Virus record (IMG/VR): IMGVR_UViG_3300037067_016725
Span: 32,001-96,000 of that record
DNA length: 64,000 nt
DNA from: a virus
Lineage: Duplodnaviria > Caudoviricetes
Strand: one strand, 5' to 3'
Position 1 is the stretch's first letter, and each line of letters begins with the position of its first letter. The notes beneath the pieces were generated by a model. That model did not search any database, was not told where the DNA came from, and saw nothing but the letters and a program-made list of their open reading frames with translations. Both the position numbers and the translations under genes were made by a program. Shown here piece by piece: positions 47,901-57,500 of this stretch.

Positions 47901-49115
47901 ATAGTAAATGCTTCTGATGGTGGAGTGTATAGGGTAGCCAACATCTTGGGACATGACGGAGAAGACTATACCTCTATGGTTGTGACTCTATCTCCGACCT
48001 ATACCATAGTAAAGGACTCTATCATTGAGATAGTAGCTGAGGTAACTACCCCTAGCAGCACTACAGCTACTGCGGTGTCCTTGGGTTTCTCCACAATAGA
48101 TAAGGGAGAAACTGTAGATGCAACGAGGAACCCTTTTGTTTCTGTCTTTGACAAGACAGTGAGAGGAGTGGACTCCTTGTATAAAGGGGTTCTGGTAACC
48201 ATGAATTTGGGGAATAGCATAGGCGGGAATACCGCAGCTAATGTGTATACCTTTGACGGAAGCGAAGGGGATGTCCAGGCTTTTGGTGCTATGACCTTTC
48301 CTACCCTGGAAGGGAACAACAAGTACTATGCTTGGGCAGTAGAAACAAGCAACAACTCAAGCTACATTGCTTCCACTGTTATGGTAGAGCCTACCTTTAA
48401 CAGTGAAGGGTATATTGAGAGTGTTCAGGCAGTCCTTGAGGATTACACAGCAGGTAGTCTGCCAAGCAAGATCTTGCTGGGTGTGCTAGCTAAGGAGACA
48501 AACTCCCTAAGCACTAATCCTGGTGTGTATGTGTCATATAAGACACAGGCTCCTCAGACAATCTATCCCTTACCTAGCACGATAGACTTGAAGATCATTG
48601 AGTGCTATTCACACATGGTTCTCACCTCTATCGGAAATGGTGGTGGCTACAGGTGCCCATACTTTGATAATCCTTTGGAGCAGATACCTACCTTTGATAA
48701 GGTTTCAAATCAGTCCTTCTTCTTTAACCTATTTGGCTTGAAGTTCAATTCCTTCACTGAAGACGAGGGGCATGTGACTCTCCCTATGAGGGTGTGCAGA
48801 CACCCTGGTGGAATTGTTACTTTGTCTGGGACGGGTATGGATCCTATGGGTAGGACCTACTACACGAAGAGCTCGGAAAATATGACTTTCAAGGGAGAGA
48901 GCTTATCTTTGGGTAATCCTCGAAAGATGGTTGTCCCTATGCTGGTGAAAGTAGTTTCAGACATGGTTTCTCCTGTGCTTAGAGGGGAACTTCTTTTGGC
49001 TCTAGTGGCAACCTACGACAATACCACTTTAGAGAACGAGATATTCATGGGCCCTAGTGCAGGTAGGTCAGTAATGTCCCTGTACAAGGTGCCTGGTTTG
49101 CCGGTTCTAAAGTGA
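44916..49115 (+). CDS. Fibre/receptor-binding-like virion protein with YCF48/BNR beta-propeller (1399 aa)
   Basis: N-terminal VVYQAGKPILDAELN; seven W/F-x-x-G-x-x-G blades, most ending T-x-D/N-GG-x-x-W. Confidence 0.75.
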   Translation: MAKNLGTDVSYTFDNEGYNYDSVVYQAGKPILDAELNLQQQLQEDLTRKVALNHGSGWASFREPYAKPGITEAFYTQDPSNPIPEMAVVNGWPVYVTGTQDVRKNVNKVDMSEFPLVAGARADGVFLEVWRGLIDDQTSGITTPTDITVIGALRTVCTVNANLAWAAGDNGILLKTDSAGVTWKSQPSPTSYAIRAIKFITETVGFLAGDNGMLYKTENAGLSWDKISLPVADSIYDMTIVSDTLMILVGSKGTVLRSTDMENFVLVESTGQAIEDLLSVNFYTEYLGWACGANGVYLRTIDGGLKWDVYNVYIPDPSDKKKLVLVTEQLNSVRFSNMSDGWMVGNNGLILRTTDGGNHWADISNYIFDDASSSYGSTSNDLNRIEIVPTYPLQVTMSIRNPSVIYAVTYTISPTKLTLSYATQADPTTSIDCEPLLLAEYATDEELVAAINNVKVDGLYLVDASLSYTSSSYTYHSVSGTVKGSESLDMKFSLGDVAWIAGDNGMMLYTSNGGARWKVVDVAASFDLYGISFLDINTGWAVGDEGEISSYLSSRTTQWEGQDTNLVKQIQRKVYPYGNLSAPATLFLANDSIHPDIKVETTARTQIQYRIRVVEAIDIQNFRNSGLGAPYVFSRGPNSTVITAGSYPYENMGAVNGDYTLWRAPCRNTVDGFSYAIPMFVVSRRNKQAYNPTTNVNGSSDDSLNAIRPDGLIYEDIVSDDILDVRRKIFDISTSELLGRSFDDLLKGNLNTSMINSPTRGGQIGSLLTYVDEFAGTAMAGFYTGNFNSQAIPGVTAFAGDDPNGIVGVTGYTPANALFTSLVDGMYHHSPDYYSATYVSTDSTTAGLSGQNIPGFFTGMGTTQAQFVFYGESGIAGAGVNYKIQGAYIDYHNVALSRTPNKPLQVKNYSAGNPIQSVSYNGIGKGVGSQVVRQLTTGVGELYDFVEMTAESFGEEPKVCGSMVRLHIYREITENTTTLTVPKNIEGFFIMGIHRIVNASDGGVYRVANILGHDGEDYTSMVVTLSPTYTIVKDSIIEIVAEVTTPSSTTATAVSLGFSTIDKGETVDATRNPFVSVFDKTVRGVDSLYKGVLVTMNLGNSIGGNTAANVYTFDGSEGDVQAFGAMTFPTLEGNNKYYAWAVETSNNSSYIASTVMVEPTFNSEGYIESVQAVLEDYTAGSLPSKILLGVLAKETNSLSTNPGVYVSYKTQAPQTIYPLPSTIDLKIIECYSHMVLTSIGNGGGYRCPYFDNPLEQIPTFDKVSNQSFFFNLFGLKFNSFTEDEGHVTLPMRVCRHPGGIVTLSGTGMDPMGRTYYTKSSENMTFKGESLSLGNPRKMVVPMLVKVVSDMVSPVLRGELLLALVATYDNTTLENEIFMGPSAGRSVMSLYKVPGLPVLK

Positions 49116-49127
49116 TAGGGGATTGAG

Positions 49128-52100
49128 ATGGCAGATTCTGTGCAGAAAAAGTTACAGGAATTAGGTGGGCTTAGGTTTAAGTCCGGTGCGGAGTTTGAGA
49201 AGGAGATACAGAGTAAGGTAACTCCCTCTGTAGCTCGTATGCTTGGAAACCTTGCAGACAATTACCCTAATGTCCCAGTAACCAAGATAGCTAGGATGTA
49301 CTCGGCTTTTTGTGAGGAACGTGAGAAAGCTCTATCCTCGATGATGCAAATTGCTGAGGATCAGTTCTATGTCAAGACTCGACCTGAGTTCCTTTTCCAA
49401 ATATTAGGGGATCTCCTATTTATTGAGGAGAAGGTAGGAAGCCTCGAGTATACCGATGCTACCTATAGGGATTTTCTGATTAAGGTCAAGAAGGCATACT
49501 TTGGTGGAAGCACCCTTGCCAATATCAACAAGTCCCTGTCTAGCATCTTGGGAGTACCCGTTGCTGTCAAGGAGATGTACCTAGATGCACGTAGGGTAGG
49601 TGCCTACACCTCTATCAAGGACACCCATAGGATGATAGCCAACATCCTTATGGGGGATGAAAATACAACCTTAGTGGGTACCGAGGTTAGCCTTTACATT
49701 AGGGACCTCTACTATTTTATTGATCTTATTCGTCCTTCTCACAGTTTGTTTGAAACAGACCTTATGTGGAAAGAGGGGTACTCCCTTTTGGGGTGTTCTT
49801 CAGAGGACATTGCCCAGGATGAGAATGGCAATAGCTACATCTACGAGCTCACAGATCTGCCCAATTCTATATACTCCTTGTACCGACTTTTCATAGGAAC
49901 CGAGGAGCAGTCCACAGGGTTCATATCCAGTGACTGGGTGGAGGGGACTATCGAGTTCATCGACCTAGACATAGGGGTTATTACCTTACAAGGAAACACT
50001 GAACTGGTGATCTCGGATTTGTCCGTATTTTACAAGTATCAGGAAGATGGAATACATAGAATAGAATGGGAGGATGCTGCTGTAGGTGACCACCTTTACT
50101 TTTTGGGTAATAAGGCAGAAGGAAGCTTTAACTTCCATGAGGGGGCAACTCCAAAAGCTGTTCTGGACAATTACTATGCCCAGTACAATCCCCTGGTGAT
50201 TGCCAGCAGTTCCTTTCAGGCAAACGTCATTAGAAGACGAGATATTAATGGAAGGTCTCAGCAGGTAAAAGCTTGTACTGAAAACTTGATGGATGACACA
50301 CAGGGGACTGCCCTGCTTCCTTTATACGAGGACATGCGGGATAACTGTAACTACCCTTCTCCTCAGCCCTATGCTGAAAAAGTGGTCATACCTGAAGGCA
50401 ACTACGTGGAGGATGGAGAAACCTTCATAAATATCTCGGCAACTATTTCTATATCTGAAGATGGGAACTATCTAAAAATCACCAATGTCCCGCTAGTTGA
50501 CTCTGAGGGAAACCTAGCAACTAAGGATGATCTTGTTGTATATGTTGATGGGCATAAGGTAACCGGAGCAGTCAAAAGCATTGATCCATGGGAAGGGCTT
50601 GTAGCTCTTAACTTCACCCCTCTTACGGGCACTACCCTCCAGGTAAATTATTATTTCCAGAATGTCTACCCTAAGCTGATCAAGGTAGGAGGGTCGGGAG
50701 ATTTTGTTTCTGGAGGAGTAGGAAATGATCTTCCTGCTCAGGTAAACATATCCGAGGCAGGTTCTCCTGTTGTTAGGTTTCAGTGGCCTTTCCGCCCTGT
50801 AAACTATGAGCTATATGGGAACTCCATGTCGTACCAGATGAACCAGTACCCTATCCTGAATAGGGATGGTGATCTGGCTCAAGCAGAGGATGTGAAGGTA
50901 TACCTCAATGGTGTTGAGCTTCCTGGATCAGTTGTTTTTGTAAGGGCTCTACTGGGTCACATCCAGATAAATTTCATACCTCCGGTGGGTTCCTCTTTAG
51001 AGTTTGAATACTATTACCAAAGCCAGAAAAGAACCTATGGGTTTATCCTAGATAGTGACCAGCACTTGTTAGACACTATCTATGGGTCTGAGTCCCCATA
51101 TACTTTAGAGCTGGACCCTGAGCCTTTCAAGGGTCTGTATAATAATCTGGATCAGTTCCGCAAGCCAGCAGAGTACAGCTACAGATACAGGGCTTTTGAT
51201 TCCTCGCAGACATCTGTGGTATCGGGTAAAGACACTGGAAAGTTGAACCAGTATAGCCGTCCAGGGGTAAGAGGCAGCTTCCAGGATTCTGGAAGTAAAA
51301 CAAATCAGTTCAAGGTAGTCTTTAGTGGGGAATACCTCACAGATACCGATAAGTATGTGGAGTTGAACGATCAATACCTAGAAAATGGTCTGCCTGCTTT
51401 GACCGTCCTTAGGAAAGGGATTCCACCATTCTATAGGAGCTTTACAAGCGTGGCTCGTCATGTCTTTAGTGAATTGGTGGTAGACCCTGGCGCAGTAGAT
51501 ACCTCCGCTGGGTATAACTTACCCGCATCGATCAACGTGGATAATCTACCAGGTGGTGTAGTAGAATTCATACCCATAGATGACTACTTCAACCATAATC
51601 GCATAAAGATATACACGGGACTAAAAGAGGTAGTCTCTGTAGATGGGTATGAGGATATTGACCTTAACTCTATCTGTGAAGACAGGAATATGACCTTGCA
51701 GTTTGGGATTGAGGAAGAGTACTACCCCAACAGGGAACTTCGCCTCAATGACTACAAGGACTATCTGCTTAGAAGGGAAAACCCTACTACCTTTGGTAGA
51801 ATCACGGCTATAAACGGAGAGGTTTCTATCTCAGAAGGTGTTAATAACAACTTCATGGAATATGCCGTGGGGTCTGTGATCCACCTATCCACAGGAGGGG
51901 TAGATTACTCCTATACAATAACCGATATAGTGAGCAAAAAGGATTCTCCTACTAACAAGGCTGTGGCATTCCTGGATAGGGCTTTTGAAGGGCCCTCTGG
52001 AAGCTATGACATCACATTAGATCTGCCTGTATATGGTAGCCTTTATGCTATCAAGGGGTCAGACATAGTGAAGTCAGCTACTCCATCTGTAGACTGGGTG

Positions 52101-52910
52101 AACTGTCGTGTCGGGTCTATCGTTTCGATTACCTCTACCATCAATGGTACTCCGAGAACGGTTGAGTTTACCATAGTGGATACGATAAATCGCACCACGG
52201 CCAAGCTGGACAGACCTTTTGTATTCAGTACTGCAACCTCTAAGATTTTTGAATTCACATTAAGGTTCCCCTATATTCAGAAAGCGGATGTTCTATTGAA
52301 CGAGGTGGTACGTAGAAAGAAGATAGACATCAATGAGCTAAAGCCCGGGTACGCCCCTGTGGGGACAGTATTTATCGAGACTAGGTTCAAAGACCCTGAT
52401 CCGGACCCTTATCCACGTAACAGAAGTAACTTTAACTACCCAACCCCAACCCCTCCCTTGCTTACCAGCGAGATACACAATGGACCTGGCGAAGAGGGGG
52501 AATCAGGAGAAAGGGATCTTCTTCTAGAAGAGGCTGTGGCAGATAAGATGGTCAAGTTCCGTAACTGGGACCAGGACATGATTGTCATGACCCCAGGTAC
52601 CTACATGGATGCTTTTGAAGAACCCATGGATGACCTTTCAGATGGAAGTTTGATGTACTTCTGGTCTTTAGCAGAATCCCGAGTGGTAACCTTTTCCTTT
52701 AGGGGGACAGTTCTTATCACAAAGGAATCCTTGGGATCAGTACCCATAAGCCAGTACCCCAACGGGTTGATACAGGTAGAATCTGAAGTGGACACCACGG
52801 AAGTGTTTGACCCAGTAATGAACCTGAAAAGGACAGAAGTGCGTCAGATCCTCCCCGATAACTCGGTAGAGCTGGTGTCCTTCTATGAGCTGGTCAGGAT
52901 AATCTCCTAA
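49128..52910 (+). CDS. Baseplate wedge gp7-like protein with C-terminal repeated beta modules (1260 aa)
   Basis: FLFQILG..TDATYRDFLIKVKKAYFGGST...IDLIRPSHS pattern. Confidence 0.65.
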   Translation: MADSVQKKLQELGGLRFKSGAEFEKEIQSKVTPSVARMLGNLADNYPNVPVTKIARMYSAFCEEREKALSSMMQIAEDQFYVKTRPEFLFQILGDLLFIEEKVGSLEYTDATYRDFLIKVKKAYFGGSTLANINKSLSSILGVPVAVKEMYLDARRVGAYTSIKDTHRMIANILMGDENTTLVGTEVSLYIRDLYYFIDLIRPSHSLFETDLMWKEGYSLLGCSSEDIAQDENGNSYIYELTDLPNSIYSLYRLFIGTEEQSTGFISSDWVEGTIEFIDLDIGVITLQGNTELVISDLSVFYKYQEDGIHRIEWEDAAVGDHLYFLGNKAEGSFNFHEGATPKAVLDNYYAQYNPLVIASSSFQANVIRRRDINGRSQQVKACTENLMDDTQGTALLPLYEDMRDNCNYPSPQPYAEKVVIPEGNYVEDGETFINISATISISEDGNYLKITNVPLVDSEGNLATKDDLVVYVDGHKVTGAVKSIDPWEGLVALNFTPLTGTTLQVNYYFQNVYPKLIKVGGSGDFVSGGVGNDLPAQVNISEAGSPVVRFQWPFRPVNYELYGNSMSYQMNQYPILNRDGDLAQAEDVKVYLNGVELPGSVVFVRALLGHIQINFIPPVGSSLEFEYYYQSQKRTYGFILDSDQHLLDTIYGSESPYTLELDPEPFKGLYNNLDQFRKPAEYSYRYRAFDSSQTSVVSGKDTGKLNQYSRPGVRGSFQDSGSKTNQFKVVFSGEYLTDTDKYVELNDQYLENGLPALTVLRKGIPPFYRSFTSVARHVFSELVVDPGAVDTSAGYNLPASINVDNLPGGVVEFIPIDDYFNHNRIKIYTGLKEVVSVDGYEDIDLNSICEDRNMTLQFGIEEEYYPNRELRLNDYKDYLLRRENPTTFGRITAINGEVSISEGVNNNFMEYAVGSVIHLSTGGVDYSYTITDIVSKKDSPTNKAVAFLDRAFEGPSGSYDITLDLPVYGSLYAIKGSDIVKSATPSVDWVNCRVGSIVSITSTINGTPRTVEFTIVDTINRTTAKLDRPFVFSTATSKIFEFTLRFPYIQKADVLLNEVVRRKKIDINELKPGYAPVGTVFIETRFKDPDPDPYPRNRSNFNYPTPTPPLLTSEIHNGPGEEGESGERDLLLEEAVADKMVKFRNWDQDMIVMTPGTYMDAFEEPMDDLSDGSLMYFWSLAESRVVTFSFRGTVLITKESLGSVPISQYPNGLIQVESEVDTTEVFDPVMNLKRTEVRQILPDNSVELVSFYELVRIIS

Positions 52911-52911
52911 T
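52899..52911 (+). promoter_or_regulatory. Putative late promoter motif ATAATCTCCTAAT
   Basis: Copy overlapping the stop codon at 52908-52910. Confidence 0.65.
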
Positions 52912-52932
52912 CGTTGGCCTCCTATTATAAGG

Positions 52933-52966
52933 GCTCCCATAGGCCAGTATTTTGGCCTATGGGGGT
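52933..52966 (+). promoter_or_regulatory. Strong 5'-leader hairpin
   Basis: GCTCCCATAGGCCA/TGGCCTATGGGGGT, no U-tract, just downstream of the late motif. Confidence 0.55.
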
Positions 52967-52993
52967 AACTATAACACATAGGAAGGATTAGCC

Positions 52994-53569
52994 ATGTCCA
53001 AGGTCAAAGAAGTTTTAAGAAACATCAAAAAGCTTAGTAGCCGCTTGCTCATGTCTCTTCGACACACAGAAGAGGCGTTTCACACGATGAAAGGGCAGAT
53101 TTTCATTAAGGATTCCGAAGGGAATTTGCTATGGGAGTCCCCAAATGTGATAGTCAACACGGCCTCTATCCTTGTTGCTCGTCTCTTGAAGGACTCCAAA
53201 GAACCCTCCCATGGTATTTTTTGTTTGGCAGTAGGTACGGGCTTGCCCACCTGGGACCTTCAGGATCCTCCTGCCCCCACTACCAGTCAGGTTCAGTTGG
53301 AAAATGAGCTTTATCGCAAGGCTATAACCACATCAGTGTTTATTGATCCCACTACGGGAGAAGCCACCCAGGAATTTACAAATATTGTAGACTACTCATT
53401 CAACTTTGCAGAAAGTGAAGCGGTAGGGACACTGGTGGAGTTGGGTCTCTTTGGAGGGGATGCCACGGATGCCCTGAATACAGGAACCATGGTTAACTAC
53501 AGGACTTTCCCTGTCCTGAATAAGACTAACTCAATGGCTTTTGTAATCATCGTTCGAATCACAACCTAA
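52994..53569 (+). CDS. Baseplate/tail-collar fibre attachment-like protein (191 aa)
   Basis: NVIVN..LAVGTG..LENELYRK..EAVGTLVELGLFGG..YRTFPVLNK. Confidence 0.65.
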   Translation: MSKVKEVLRNIKKLSSRLLMSLRHTEEAFHTMKGQIFIKDSEGNLLWESPNVIVNTASILVARLLKDSKEPSHGIFCLAVGTGLPTWDLQDPPAPTTSQVQLENELYRKAITTSVFIDPTTGEATQEFTNIVDYSFNFAESEAVGTLVELGLFGGDATDALNTGTMVNYRTFPVLNKTNSMAFVIIVRITT

Positions 53570-53585
53570 TCAATCAGGGGGTCCT

Positions 53586-54587
53586 TTGAGTCGGATAGTA
53601 AAAAAAGCCTCCGAAAAGAAGGCCGAATTGATTGGTAAAGTTGACCTAGACGATCAGGTTTATACCATAGCTGCGGATGGGAACCTAGCCTTAGGGTTAA
53701 TCAATGGTTATCGTGTTGTTGACGCCAATCTGTATGAAAACCCTATTCCCCTTATAGTCCCGGTCATGGCCGGGCTAATCGCCAAGGCTTATAGGGATTC
53801 TTGGGTAGAGGGCAATAGCGTCTCAGTATACAAAGGGGATTGGGACTCCTTAGGTAAATATCCTTCAGAAGAATATCTAGATGCTTTCCTTAAGGAACTT
53901 TCCCATTTAATAGGAAAGGCAAATATCCTGGTTAAAGAAGGGCCTAGTGACCAGCAAGAATGTATAGGTAATCCTCAGGTCAGTGCAGATAGCCAGCAGA
54001 TAAACACGAATCTAGCCAACTATGGAAAGCAGCTGGAAGAAGTATTGAACGCTGTAGAAGTACTGATGGATAAGACCCAAGCTATTCTAAGGGTAAAGCT
54101 GATAGGGACCATGTGGGGCATCTCTGACGTACAGAAGGAACTTGAACCTGTTCGGATTTATTTCCCTACAATGGATAAAACTTTCAATAGTATTGGACAA
54201 GGGGTGACTCTCACTACTCGTGCCATCAACAGGGTCCTTTACAGGATCAACATGGGCAAGCTTTCCATGGATGACAAAAGGTATATAGGAAGTGTGCTTG
54301 TCCCTGATATAACAAACTCTTTTGAGAGTATAAGGAAGCAAGTATCCTTTTTACTTAAGACCTTGGCCCCTTTATACAAGCTGGAAAGAATGTTCCGCAC
54401 TTACACGGGAAATCCTGTAAGCTGGTCAATTCCAAATAACCTTATAACAGAATTTAAGGATTCCTTCGCGGTGCTGGTCGATTTCTTGGCAGATGTTCCT
54501 GTCATAGAGCTAAGCACTATGGAGCCCCTGGAAGTCGTTCAATCGTCTTTCATGAAAACTCTATCAGAAGGTCCTAGGAGTAACTAA
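53586..54587 (+). CDS. Hypothetical protein (333 aa, TTG start)
   Basis: ORF; N-terminal KKASEKKA. Confidence 0.6.
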   Translation: MSRIVKKASEKKAELIGKVDLDDQVYTIAADGNLALGLINGYRVVDANLYENPIPLIVPVMAGLIAKAYRDSWVEGNSVSVYKGDWDSLGKYPSEEYLDAFLKELSHLIGKANILVKEGPSDQQECIGNPQVSADSQQINTNLANYGKQLEEVLNAVEVLMDKTQAILRVKLIGTMWGISDVQKELEPVRIYFPTMDKTFNSIGQGVTLTTRAINRVLYRINMGKLSMDDKRYIGSVLVPDITNSFESIRKQVSFLLKTLAPLYKLERMFRTYTGNPVSWSIPNNLITEFKDSFAVLVDFLADVPVIELSTMEPLEVVQSSFMKTLSEGPRSN

Positions 54588-57500
54588 TGTCGGATACCTA
54601 TGATACCACAGGACTGGACTTCCAAAGCTTAACCTACGAGGACTGCTCTTGGGATGTATCCTTTATATTGAAACATCGCCCGGGGCTGTCTACTGACATT
54701 ACCTTGCCTGGACAGATGGCTTCTTACAGAGGTCAACAGGATTTGAAGGCAAAGACTGCCTCAGGGTTTTTTGATGTTGGGGCCATTAGACAAGTCCCTG
54801 ATATTAGTGCTGCTCTTGCAGCCTCTCCCTTATCAGGCACTATCCTTACCAGCGAATCTATAGGTACTGACCTTTCCCTTTACATGGCTTCTAGAGATAA
54901 TGGCTGCTGGGCTGTGGTCAATGGTTGGCTGATCAATGTGTCATCTACTGGGGCATCTACAGACACTAAGCATAATCTGATCACTTTGGCAAACATGGAG
55001 CAAACAGCTCCAATCCCAGGTACAAATGCCTTTGTTTTCTTAGAAGTTTGGAGAAGTGTTGTAACAGGACTGGACAACGAGGTTATCAAGAAATATGGTA
55101 ACCAAGGAACCCTTCTTACCGTCCCTAATGATATCTACCATGATGCCAACAAGATGGAGACTGCCCGCAGGGTGCAGGTCCAGTATCGGATCAGGACAGA
55201 GTGGGTGAATGTAAATCCCCACCAAGGAAACATGGACTGCTTCAATAACGCCATAAAGGCATGGGGAGCATCTAATAGCGGGACAACTCTTACTTACTCA
55301 AGTATGGCTTCTGTGGGCGACGCAGGACTTTACCGTGCAGGAAGAGGTAACGAAGCGGACAAGATTAATTTAGGGACAGTCGATGGGTACAGCTATGCTA
55401 TTCCCATGTTCTTTGTGACTTTGAGAGAAGAAAGCAACTATGACCCAACCGTTTATTCCTCTTGGAAAAGTTCTAGGGCTATTTCCAGTGGAAACTCTTT
55501 AAGGCCTGATGGTAAATATGCAGGAGTGGTGTATTCCTCGGACATAGTGGACTTACGCCATCAGGTAGTTCTGGGTAAGGAGAATCTGAAAGAGACTCTT
55601 AATGATACTTTCATGGGGATTGCTACAGGTAAAGCGTCTACTACCCAGGGAAGGGTTACGGACGTGGAAGGAAGCCTTACATCCCTGGATGGGGCAGTTA
55701 CCTTAAAAGCGGACAAAGTAGCTAGCAGTTCTGCTAGTGGAGGGGACAGCATATGCCTGATGGGAACCCTCAAGAATGAAGTTGCCCGGAGATCCTTTAT
55801 CCCAGGAAAGTCTTTTCAGCAGGATACAGTTACTAAGCTGACATGGATTAGCTCCATGGCTAAACTAGACTTTTCAGGGTATAATAGTACTTCCGTCAGT
55901 ATTCGAAATTCAGGTGTAACTGGAAGCACTTTTACTAGCTCTCCTTACTTTTCCATATACGATGATAATGGGTTAGTGGATCCTACAAAGTATACACTAA
56001 CCAAGGTTACATCTTCTTGGGTAGCCACTACTGCACCCACTTCCTATTATCTTCTTACTCTTGTTTCAGGTACTCTGACCGGAAGCTCTTACTTCAAGTG
56101 TGATTTGGAATGGGATGCTAAAGGAGACTCGGGTTTTTCAGATGTTCCTACAGAGATGCTGGAGCAGCGTTTTGATGATACCTACAGGGTCCATGTAAAC
56201 TCTGTATACGGGAATCCTGTAATGCTGTATGGAAGGGATACAGGCGGGACAACCTACCTAAGCACTAACGACCGAATAGAGACGTTGAGTGTGTCCTATA
56301 AAGATGTTTCTTCCTTTGGACAGGTGTTGTTCCTGCACAGGACCGCGGTCAGTGGGGAGTGCTATATATACCTAGAAGAAGGTATGCGCTTACCTGGTAC
56401 AAACCAAATTGTTTTGGGTGTACGCTCAGTACGAAGGTACGATACGGAGCTGGAGGATTTCTCAGGTACATACTCCAATGTGAGCTTTAACATCTATGAC
56501 AGTGCCGACGATGTGGATGGCTACCGCATCAGGGTGTATGGCCTAAGCACCGCATCCTCTACGGAAACAAACGATTTAGAGATAAGCTTCTATCTGGGCA
56601 CCAAGTACTCCTTGTTTGACAGGGAGTCTAATGGTGTTACGGAAACTTATGAGACCCTAGGGCTGCCTGTAACCCAGGTAGGGACAAGCACCTCTTACTC
56701 TTTTACAACAGATGACGGGACAAGCAATAACTTAGGGGATATTACAGGAGTTTGCTCTGTGCTCTATGGCAGTGTTTCTTCTCCTGTTGCTACTCCTTAT
56801 CTCCTTACTAAGGCTCCTGTTAGTGGGGGTGTTATTTCTCCATGGCAGAAGCAAGATAGCGTTAAGCTAGCCTCCATCATTCCTTCCCTATATCCAATGG
56901 TTCTAGGGACTAGCCAATCTAAGTGTTCTCCAGTAAAGGTTACCTGGGATAACACTGAGATTATTGGAACTACTAGCTACTCCATTAAGGTACTCACCCA
57001 CAAGCATTCCTGGTATAAGGTTGGAGCACTTTCGGGAGAGATACTTTACCCCGTTTATAACACTACAGGTTATCAGGGTATGAATTTCACTTCACCTCTT
57101 GTAGGCGACATCCTAGTGGAAGGTGACGCCTTTATCACCACACGAGGAACAGGCAGCTCTTTCTTAGAGAAAAAGGTCTTCTCAGGAGCTTCCCTATCTG
57201 TTTCCTCTACGGGGGTGTGGGATTTTACCTTTGCTGAAGGTGTATTCACACATGGAGAAATAACAAGTGGTGACTACATCTGCATAACCTCCCCTTCTGG
57301 GGACGATTACTCTAACAGGCTAGACGATGGCCTTACCTCGATGTTCAAGGTATCCTATGTGGAAGCTCTTGGCAGTACGGGGACTAGGGTAGTTTTTGAA
57401 AATCCTTCCTCATTGCCGGCATCTCCTCCAGGTTCAGGGGTAGGTGGCTATATTGTGAAAATGGATACCCCTGCGGATGGGATGTACGGAATAATTGCCC

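Noticed and set aside
1643-52911. Repeated motif as CRISPR repeats or recombination sites
   Set aside because: Only 13 bp, kilobases apart, always at gene starts; no spacers, cas or recombinase genes
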